A DNA stretch of 64,000 nt from Bugula neritina (Eukaryota > Animalia > Bryozoa). Location: the NCBI GenBank assembly GCA_964035545.1, contig OZ037767.1:23948628-24012627 (forward strand), written 5' to 3'. Shown here piece by piece: positions 15,201 through 30,570 of this stretch. A program made the translations under genes and the position numbers. How positions within the stretch are numbered: the first letter of the stretch is position 1; each line of letters opens with the position of its first letter. The notes under the pieces are model-generated. The model was not told the origin of the DNA, did no database searches, and saw only the letters and a program-made list of their open reading frames with translations.

Positions 15201-15349
15201 AACATAACGGATACGGAGACAAATAAACCTACCTTGTAAGGTGAAGATTGTAAGATTCTTTGTTTCTTGTAAAAATGGAGACCAGTTACAATTGCAACAT
15301 GACTTGCTACTACAGCTGCAACCAGCTTTTTCATAAACAAAGCCACCAT
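12249..15349 (-). CDS. Cytosolic-type (SULT1-like) sulfotransferase, 7 coding exons (15349-15233, 14830-14683, 14533-14316, 13934-13808, 13491-13385, 12664-12484, 12370-12249)
   Basis: PAPS-binding motifs YPKS|GTTW, IIKSHLP (catalytic His), RNPRDVCVSYYHF and FLRK|GKVGDW; all junctions in phase. Confidence 0.92.
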
Positions 15350-16705
15350 CTTCCATAACAAACAACAGCTGAAAAAATAAACTAAAAGTATAAGTATATT
15401 ACACTTATATTACACTTTTCAAAAATAAATATCAATTTAGAACACAACACCATGCTCCAGAAAAAACCAGCTTTGCTTGCACCATCTTTTGCAGATTACA
15501 TGCTGTGACAGCATGCGATACGTCTTTAGTGAGCTTTAAGAATGATAGTACAATGGTTCACTAGAATGGTATGATACTTTTATCCCAATTAAAGGAGAGA
15601 GAAGCTAACTGAAGCCATTTTATTGAAATCAAACATGCTGAAGGTAATCATGAAGCCTAGGTATAGTGCTGCTATAATACTTAGAGTATATGTGGGTTAG
15701 ACAGAGGTTGCTGCTTTGCTGCTTTACTGTGTACTGATGATGAAGTGGTACTAGAAAAACTAGAGCTGCGGATAGCTGTAAGTGTCGGTAATAGTAGTAT
15801 ATTAATGATAATGGGATAAGCATAACCTTAACTGCCTTTACATCAAACGTAGTGCAACTAGGTATTAGAGTAATTATCAAAATAGGTTTAATCTAAAAGT
15901 AGCACAATGAAACTTAACATCAATTTTAATTTGAGATTATCATTGACGTATATTTTGCCTGTTATATTTCTTTACCTATTCACTAACTCAAAATTAAATC
16001 CAACTTGTTTAAAATTATAGTTATAAGCAATAAAACATCGACTAATAATCACACTGATGGTTAGTGATAGTGAGAAATATTTTAAATTTTAAAGCATGGA
16101 TATTATAATTATAATTGAAAAAGTAGAGCTCAACTGTAACATTAATTTAATAATAACTTCATTTTGAATTAACATTATCACAATAAATATAATTTTTAAA
16201 TGAATAATTAATAAAAAAATAATCAATACAATAAAAATAAAGGTGATCATTGGCATTGTCATCGTGAGTTTGTCATTGTGATTTTAATTTTAGTATTAGA
16301 CTAGTATTATAAATATTATAAATTTACAACTTCTATCTAAAACAATTATTCAAATTCAATATGAATATCAGTATGAATAAGTATAACAACTGAATATAAA
16401 ATTGAATATCAATATGATGTTGAATCACTACTCAGTATCAGAATCAGAATGTCAAACTCAAAGTGATTCAACGTGATTCAACGATCATCACGCTTCACGG
16501 TCAACATCATGATCCTGATCATGTTCAAGTTGATGGATTCAAAAAACTGTAGCTCTGATTATCATTATTATAAAATTATAATATGGTTATTCTTATTTTA
16601 TGACGTATTTTAGTTTTAGTAGTTACCAATTGAATTAGTTTTGTTGTGAAGTCTGAGTTCTTGCTCTTCAGTTAGTCATTATGATTATAATGATAATCAT
16701 AATTG

Positions 16706-16790
16706 GAAAACGCTTGAGGCAGCATAAATTTGGTAGTCACTGAGTGCAGTGACTCAGGTGATAAGGGGGGTCTCGAGTCAGGGCGACGAT
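16706..16790. repeat. Copy of dispersed GGTCACTGAGTGCAG hairpin/MITE family
   Basis: Shares GCAGCA..GTCACTGAGTGCAGTG..GGGGGTCTCGAGT with copies near 36.3, 48.0 and 49.2 kb. Confidence 0.55.
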
Positions 16791-17421
16791 GTGTATACAA
16801 AGATTGTACTTAGTCATTCCCAATTCAGTGCTGTTTTTGGCGATTTCCATTCAGTAACACTGGTGTCTCTTTTCTCTGCCCTTCGATTGACCGTAGAGAC
16901 TATAATTTTTGATGAACTTTCGAAAACCGGAAAACAGGGATCAGCAGAAAACAAAATAATTATCACAGAGGTCATCCCCATGCAGGTACTGAGCATGTCC
17001 ATTCAATTTCATTAGTTTTTTCAAGTGCTTGCTTTATAGATTATAATTATAATTTATCTTCATAAGCTTTTATTATTTTAACTTTTAAGTGCTAAAAGTT
17101 TATTTGCATACTGGAAGTAAATATAATGAGAATAGCCTATACTACATATTGTAATGGATTTTTACTCTCTATTAGTTGCGAAATAACAGCGTGCAACAGT
17201 ATATTATAAATACTGTTGCGTATCGTTATTAACTCTGTAATTATAGTTAAGTAAGCTAGCTTGCTAATGCCTAAGTATGGTAATTACTGTTGAAGCTTTC
17301 AACATAATGTAATTTTACTAAAATACGCATTCTGAAGTTATGTAATATTTCTTGTACTAATGTTGCGTATCAATTTTTATGCTGTAATTGTGTAGTAGAT
17401 TTTTGCATGTACTTGTTTCCG

Positions 17422-17538
17422 GTTGCGAGATCGGCATTTCGGTTTTCCGAAATGCCGAAATACCGAAAATCGGCATTTCGGGCTACCGGAAGCCCGAAAT
17501 GCCGATTTTCGGCGTTTCGGGCCTCCGATCTCGGCAAC
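17422..17538. repeat. GC-rich nested palindrome / MITE-like hairpin
   Basis: Outer GTTGCGAGATCGG / CCGATCTCGGCAAC; inner 30-bp stem 17455-17484 / 17491-17520 built from CCGAAATGCCGA units. Confidence 0.8.
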
Positions 17539-19524
17539 AATGAAAAAGCACTGTATCTTGTTGTATATAAAAGCCAGCGAGCTCCAGTGTAGTTCAGTCT
17601 ACTACTGGAGCTCACTGGCAGAGGACCTTCACTATTATATATAATTCGACTAAATAAAGATTTCTTCAACTATACAATACATCTTGTTCTCTCTAACAAA
17701 GAGTATGTTCAGGCACTAGTTCTATTCAACCCACAAAAATATCACAATATTATTAGACTTGGAGTCAGATGTAAGTATACTCATACTGATAGCGATACTG
17801 ATAGTGATACTCATAAGACTAAGTGATTAAGTTTAACAACTTTAACTTTAACTTTAAGTCAGATTGATATCGATATTCATAGTTACACTTATAGTTATAT
17901 TAATACTTATAGTTATTACATCTATGATTTAATAATTATTACTAGTGATACTTGCAGTTGCTTGTAGTTGTGTAAATTCAAGTTCAAAATACCAGTACCT
18001 CAGGCTCATACCTGAGAGGCGAAGAAGGCATTGACAATAAACTATAAACTTAAACTTAAAGTATCTTCACAGCCTACTTCATTTGGATACTATTAATATT
18101 TTTATTACTAAAACTAGAAGTTATTGGAGTTTTGTTCCTAACATGTGGGTTAAGGTCTCAACAGCAGGGAGGCTTAACAATATGAATATTATAAATATAA
18201 TAAAAATAATAAATAATTAACAACACTTGCAGAAATGATAATTATATGTTGTAAATATGATTATTGTGGTAAATATTGTAATTAATATTATATTAACCAT
18301 TTATCTCTTCTTTATAGGGTCATTCCGTGTCAAATCAACCAAATTTCAGAAAGTCCCACGCCTTTGCGTCTCAGATTTTGTTCATATTTACACCAAATGG
18401 ACCTACACATGTCCTGAGTACTATTCTTGAATATTTCTGGCCTGACACAAAAACTTTTTGAGAAATGAATATTTCCATGTACAAAGGTTGGAAAAAATTT
18501 TGAGTAAAATTTGCGATTTTTACTTTTAGACCAATTTGTAAACGTCCATATCTCCATTATTTTTCTAGACTAAGCCTTAAAATTTGGTGTGTGATTTGAT
18601 AACACCTATCAATTTGCACTAATAATGACACATACTGCAGAATACTTCGGGTGCATATATGCTAAGCCATTGAATATTGGCAAATTTTTATGAATTTTGA
18701 AAAATTTCGATTATTTGCCACATCACAAAAGGCGTTAATTTTTATTTTACATCTATGAATTTTTATCCATAAATAGTTGACTATGGCTACTTTATACTCC
18801 TTAATTTGTGTAATTTTGAAAATAATATTTTCCGAGATATAGACACCCAAAGTGAAGAAAATGTGAAAATTCGCCCAACTTCACAAGGATGTAACCCGAT
18901 GTTTGAATACAGTAAAATCTTTCAAACAAGCATTTTCTGTAATGTCATTTAGTGTATTTTGTAGATTCATAAATTTGGACGTCCTTATATTGTCCAAACT
19001 TGAAGTAAATCGCACGGAAAAATGGTATGCGTACGAAAATCGGCAAAATGCAATTTTTCAATATAATATGTTGGGATCATACATTTTTTATTATTCATAT
19101 TGTTCAAAATATCAAGTAGATACATATATGTTTCCTATATATATCAAATCTACTGAAGATTACGATAAAATCTGATTTGTGTGTAATATCGTAAGAAAAA
19201 TTCTGCCGATCGGCATTATATGATATTCCCATTAGGTTTCAGGTAGCAATTGTTATTTCTGTGAGTGAATGGTGTGAAACAGCTGAAATCTTGCTGGAAT
19301 CAAGTACATTAAGTAGCTGAGGCAAGGGTAGCTTCAAAAAACATACCCAAATAAAACACCATGGCCCTGAACACAATAGGCCTAATTAATTCGATGACAG
19401 TGGTGTTTAATACATGCCGGAAATAATTGTGGCTTTTGAAACAGATGTGCCTAAATATAGCAAAATGGCCCTAACCTCGCCCTAATTTGGTCAGTACTGG
19501 TTAAAGAATCAAGTAATTGGCATC

Positions 19525-20236
19525 ATGCCATATCCAATGTTCATCATCCTGAAATAATTTACAACTCTCTTTTTTATAACTGAAAGCAATGGTCTTCTAA
19601 CTTTAGTATCTGGTTCATACAGAACTCCTTTTGCAGTCTTCTGGCTTGCTGTGCAAGGTAATTGTTGGGTTTTTACATAGGCTGGGAAAGCTTTTTTCTA
19701 ATACATGATAGCTTTTCACATGTCATCTCAGCTATATTATGCTTTTCCATTTTCATTATAGCTAATACACAAAAGCTAACTTTTTTGCGACTATAAAGAC
19801 CCAGCAGGTTTTCTCTTATCCAGACTTGCATTTCAGACTTGTACTGGCAACTTGTAACTCATGAGATAACCTTATTTTTATGTTGCTATTTCTTCAGTCT
19901 GCTACTATAATAAATATTTATTTCTCTAACTTAAAACACACCGATAATTGTTTACTCCAAATTCTATAGATGTCTTATCAATAGTCCAGCTTTCTGGTGC
20001 CAATGTCAATAACTGGACCCTCTTTTGTCCCAAAGAAACTTTCACCTTATTCAAGGAACATATTAATATGTTCAAATCTTTATGATTATTGTAGGCTTTA
20101 TACAGGCATTTGTTGCTTCTGGGTGGAGTTCCTCTCCCTCTATACTTGCAACTGTGGCAACCTTCTTAGCAATGACCTCCTCCACTTGATTCTGTTTTTT
20201 TCCATAGTTCACTCTACTGGAAGGGCTAATTTTTAG
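19525..20236 (-). pseudogene. Decayed transposase fragment, left copy, interrupted by a 278-bp insert (19667-19944)
   Basis: KRVQLLTLAPESWTIDKTSIEFGVNNY // NNYLAQQARRLQK..GVLYEPDTKVRRPLLSVIKKRVVNYFQDDE, with frameshifts. Confidence 0.6.
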
Positions 20237-20259
20237 GGCTCATCTGGTATAATTCTACT

Positions 20260-20880
20260 CCTTTGAACTGTAGAAACTGAGAGAAACTGTGCAATATTAA
20301 TTGCTTCAAAAAAAGCTGAGCTCTCAGAATACTCTCAGGAAACTGAAAGTGATGCATTTCTTGAAGTTGAGAAGGAGGCACAGACATTAAACACTGGAAT
20401 GACAGAATTGGGAGCTCCTCCCTTAGAAGTTGCAAAAATTAGCCCATTCAGTAAAGTGAGCTATAGGAAAAAAAACGAAAGAAAGTGCAGGAGGTCGTTA
20501 CTGAAAAAGTAAAAACAGTCTTTGGCATAGATGAAGAAGAACTCCACCCAGAAGCAACAAATGTCTGTATGAAGCGTAGTAATCATAAAGATTTGAACAA
20601 ATTGATGATCCTTGATCCTTGAATATAAGGACGCGAAAGTTTTCTTGTGACTAGAGAGGGTGCAGTTATTGACATTAGCACGAAAAACTGGATCATCGAT
20701 AGAACAGCCATAGAATCTGGAGCAAACAATTACCTGGCCCAGCAAGCCAGAAAACTGCAAAGGGAATTCTGTTTGAACCAGATGGTAAAGTTGGAAGACC
20801 ATTCTCTCCACAATTAATAAAAAAAGTTGTAGATCTTTTCAGGATGATGAATATTATTCTTAGCCAGGGCAAATTACTTA
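20260..20880 (+). pseudogene. Decayed transposase fragment, right copy
   Basis: RQTLNTGMTELGAPPLEVAKISPFSKVSY..ERVQLLTLA..NWIIDRTAIESGANNYLAQQARKLQ..FQDDEY; a diverged homolog of the left copy, with frameshifts and stops. Confidence 0.6.
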
Positions 20881-22469
20881 CCTGATTAGGGTGCGGACCA
20901 ATCTGCTATATTTAGGCATATCTGTTTCAAAAGCCACAATTATTTCCGGCATGTATTAAACACCACTGTCATCGAATTAATTAGGCCTATTGTGTTCAGG
21001 GCCATGGTGTTTTATTTGGGTATGTTTTTTGAAGCTACCCTTGCCTCAGCTACTTAATGTACTTGATTCCAGCAAGATTTCAGCTGTTTCACATCATTCA
21101 CTCACAGAAATAACAATTGCTACCTGAAACCTAATGGGAATATCATATAATGCCGATCGGCAGAATTTTTCTTACGATATTACACACAAATCAGATTTTA
21201 TCGTAATCTTCAGTAGATTTGATATATATAGTAAACATATATGTATCTATTTGATATTTTGAACAATATGAATAATAAAAAATGTATGATCCCAACATAT
21301 TATATTGAAAACTTGCATTTTGCCGATTTTCGTACGCATACCATTTTTCCGTGCGATTTACTTCAAGTTTGGACAATATAAGGACGTCCAAATTTATGAA
21401 TCTACAAAATACACTAAATGACGTTACAGAAAATGCTTGTTTGAAAGATTTTACTGTATTCAAACATCGGGTTACATCCTTGTGAAGTTGGGCGAATTTT
21501 CACATTTTCTTCACTTTGGGTGTCTATATCTCGGAAAATATTATTTTCAAAATTACACAAATTAAGGAGTATAAAGTAGGCATAGTCAACTATTTCTGGA
21601 TAAAAATTTATGGATGTAAAATAAAAATTAACGCCTTTTGTGATGTGGCAAATAATCGAAATTTTTCAAAATTCATAAAAATTTGCCAATATTCAATGGC
21701 TTAGCATATATGCACCCGAAGTATTCTGCAGTATGTGTCATTATTAGTGCAAATTGATAGGTGTTATCAAATCACACACCAAATTTTAAGGCTCAGTCTA
21801 GAAAAATAATGGAGATATGGACGTTTACAAATTGGTCTAAAAGTAAAAATCGCAAATTTTACTCAAAATTTTTTCCAACCTTTGTACATGGAAATATTCA
21901 TTTCTCAAAAAGTTTTTGTGTCAGGCCAGAAATATTCAAGAATAGTACTCAGGACATGTGTAGGTCCATTTGGTGTAAATATGAACAAAATCTGAGACGC
22001 AAAGGCGTGGGCCATTGGTTGAGTTGACGCGGAATGACCCTATAGCAAATAGGTATAAACAAATTTCTAAAGTTTATAACAAAAGTAAGTGTATTGCAAC
22101 AACATTTGAACTCAAACTAAAACCAACACTTAGTTAAGACTGAACACTTTCTAAATTAAATCAAATTTAGTAATGTTGTCACTGTGACTGTCTAAAAACA
22201 AAAGTTTGCTTCATATTTTATGCTAACAGTAACAGTAAGGATAACTGCATTTTCAAATTTATTGTTTAAATTGCAAGTGTATTGCTTTACTGATAAGCAA
22301 TAACCATCACCATTATACTGACTCTCAAACAAATATAATACTTTATAATAGATTTATCCTTGAACTTATGGTAAAATATTTATATCTTGTGATAGCTGTA
22401 AATATTATACATATACTATATATATGTATATGTATGTAAATGCACATGCATATATATAGCCTATATATA

Positions 22470-22472
22470 GCC

Positions 22473-22553
<81 letters not shown>
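22470..22553. repeat. (TA)n microsatellite
   Basis: Near-pure TA run flanking the Penelope-like element; further runs at 23776-23826 and 24043-24105. Confidence 0.95.
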
Positions 22554-22556
<3 letters not shown>

Positions 22557-22939
22557 GTATGCTGATTGTCAATCTAGTTGCAAACATAGTAGTGGATTTG
22601 GTGTTATCTATTAATTAATTAAATTGCTCTTTTTCTAAAGGATTAGACTATAAAAGCTAGATGTTTGATGGAAAGGGTAATTTATAATAGGTAGTACTAT
22701 GGTTGAGAATTGTTAGTATTGTTATGTGATGTTGCCCAGGTAGTGCTTACGTGCATGTCTGCATGTGGATAGAATCTCATTTCTGTTATTAAGGGAAGAT
22801 TTGCTGGGCTGGTATATTATGAAATATTTTTCCCATAGGCAGAGGTTGCACCTTTTAGTGACTTTGTTGTATGAGTTGGTCTTTTTCATAATTTTCCATG
22901 TTATGTCAAAATGGGTGTTCTTGTCTTTTAGTTTCCAGA

Positions 22940-23437
22940 AATTTAAACAACATAATCAACAGCCACAATAAAAGATTACTCAACCCAGCAAACCAACCTC
23001 CTCGAGAATGTAACTGCAGAAACAGCACAGTGTGCCCACTAGATGGAAAATGCCTCACAAAGTGCATCATATACCAAGCTACAGTTACAACCAAAGATGG
23101 CAGCCAACCCCAGACTTACGTGGGAACATCAGAAACAGAATTCAAAACCAGATTGTATAACCACAAATCAACTTTTAACAACAAAACAAAAAAGAACCAT
23201 ACTGAATTGAGCAAATATATCTGGAAACTAAAAGACAAGAACACCCATTTTGACATAACATGGAAAATTATGAAAAAGACCAACTCATACAACAAAGTCA
23301 CTAAAAGGTGCAACCTCTGCCTATGGGAAAAATATTTCATAATATACCAGCCCAGCAAATCTTCCCTTAATAACAGAAATGAGATTCTATCCACATGCAG
23401 ACATGCACGTAAGCACTACCTGGGCAACATCACATAA
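22940..23437 (+). pseudogene. GIY-YIG endonuclease domain of a Penelope-like element (RT absent)
   Basis: CNCRNSTVC (CxCx5C), CPLDGKC, IIY..YVG, FKTRLYNHKS, CNLCLWEK, LNNRNE..CRH. The frame is open, but the ORF-track Met at 22898 lies in the inverted arm. Confidence 0.9.
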
Positions 23438-23669
23438 CAATACTAACAATTCTCAACCATAGTACTACCTATTATAAATTACCCTTTCCATCAAACATCT
23501 AGCTTTTATAGTCTAATCCTTTAGAAAAAGAGCAATTTAATTAATTAATAGATAACACCAAATCCACTACTATGTTTGCATTTCGTTTTACGTTGTGTTT
23601 AGCATGATAGTTTTCTTTATGTAAAAATTTGAATAATCGGTATGCTTCATAGATTTTATTTATTTTCAG

Positions 23670-23722
23670 TCTAACACCTGACGAGTGCAGTTTACTGTAC
23701 GAAACTATATAGTCGTGTGAGA
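23670..23722 (+). ncRNA. Minimal type I hammerhead ribozyme
   Basis: Stem I TCTAACAC/GTGTGAGA, core CTGACGA (23678-84), stem II GTGCAG-ttta-CTGTAC, GAAA, palindromic stem III CTATATAG, GTC cleavage triplet (cut after C23714). Confidence 0.88.
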
Positions 23723-23773
23723 TTTTTTAAATAAAAAAATATACATTTATCATTAACAATCTGAACACACTGC

Positions 23774-23826
<53 letters not shown>

Positions 23827-23831
<5 letters not shown>

Positions 23832-24038
23832 TAAACGCAAATTTTTACTTGCGCACTTAACAGATGCTAGTTAAAACATTCCAGCGTAGTAATACACTAA
23901 CAATACTAATTTCAAAACAAAATCACTCAAGCGTACACACAACGACCTGATGATCGTAGCTCGCACTACGTGAAACAATATTGTAGTCAATAGAATGAAG
24001 ATCTAAGTTTATTTTTAAATCCAAAATTGTATTAGTAC

Positions 24039-24042
<4 letters not shown>
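23827..24042 (+). mobile_element. Second, very short Penelope-like 3' remnant of a different family
   Basis: Starts with RHKRKFLLAHLTDAS*, similar to the GIY-YIG C-terminal CRH-xxK motif; contains a hammerhead core; bounded on both sides by (TA)n. Confidence 0.65.
23944..23988 (+). ncRNA. Degenerate minimal type I hammerhead ribozyme
   Basis: GAC-CTGATGA-t-CGTAG-ctcgca-CTACG-t-GAAA-CAATATTG-TA-GTC; stem I is only 3 bp and there is a U-U pair at the base of stem II. Confidence 0.65.
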
Positions 24043-24090
<48 letters not shown>

Positions 24091-25019
24091 TATGTTCATA
24101 TATATGTGCTCTAATACTTACCTGTAGAAAAATGTTTCTCTTATTATTTTATACTTTAGTTATTTTCATCTTGTCAATGAGCAGGTTCAATATTTTTGTG
24201 GTTAATAAATGAAAACATTAAAATATTAATGTTTTTATTATAATTGCCTCCTACAGAAAATTTTTAATTGAACAAGTGCAGCTAGTGATATTTTTTACAA
24301 AAAATAGCTCAAACCCCCAATTACTAAACTCGTGTTTTCTTCTCGCTCACTAAAGTTGTCAATCTTCTAATGCTGAAAGTACAGTTTGTTAAAAATCACT
24401 AAATCATATGGTATCACTATATTTATCTATGCTCTTTACTTCTATCCGCTATTTTTCTGTTATGGAGAGTTGTTTCTATTATCATATTTAGTTATTTTCA
24501 TTTTGTCAATGGGTAGATTCCAAGTTATTGTGTTGCTTTTACTCTGACAGGCTTTGCTAATAAGTTAACCAAATCATTATTTTCCTCTCACTGTGAGGTG
24601 CTAGTGTTAGGTTCTTACATAAGATTGACTCTTTTTTGTTAAACAGTTTTAAATTTTCTCCATTTGGTAAAAAAATTGATTACCCATATCAAAAGGATCA
24701 TGTAGTTAATTTGTTAAATCCATTAATTAGTTCTTATTTCAATTATTGCAATTTTGAAGCCATTTCTCAATGATTTGTGAAAACAGAATATAAACATTTA
24801 GCCTGTGAGAATAAACTTATAAATACATTCTATAAAAATGCAACAATCAGCCATAAATAAAGTTACATAATTGTGCTTAATTTTCAAAACTAAGGCTTAT
24901 GATTGTTACATAAATAATTGGCATTGGATTGTTTAACCCAAAGAAATTCTTCTTTTGCGATAATATTATATATATTTGTGCTGTAATTATAAAACCTATT
25001 TTGAAACTTTACTGGAATT

Positions 25020-30570
<5,551 letters not shown>

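Larger units (their letters stand above)
18317..22040. mobile_element. Non-autonomous Sola2-like DNA transposon, 3724 bp, with ~1.14-kb TIRs (18317-19462 and 20904-22040) and a TATA target-site duplication
   Basis: TATA|GGGTCATTCC ... GGAATGACCC|TATA; mirror-image ORFs in the two arms; GRG termini, 4-bp TSD and long TIRs fit Sola2; internal decayed transposase-like peptides. Superfamily assignment is less certain than the element itself. Confidence 0.85.
22579..23775 (+). mobile_element. 5'-truncated Penelope-like retroelement (Naiad-type) with an inverted 5' pLTR segment
   Basis: GIY-YIG endonuclease C-terminus; 22579-22939 is the reverse complement of 23220-23580 (361 bp); hammerhead ribozyme and AATAAA downstream; flanked by (TA)n. 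Confidence 0.9.

Noticed and set aside
16749-17015. Possible first exon ending CAG|GTACTG at ~16985
   Set aside because: No downstream exons could be linked and the ORF overlaps a repeat copy.
18330-22027. Paired 62-90 aa ORFs on opposite strands
   Set aside because: They are mirror translations of the non-coding TIRs.
22765-23394. Two ORFs both starting MDRISFLLLRED
   Set aside because: Antisense frame of the GIY-YIG ORF and its inverted copy.
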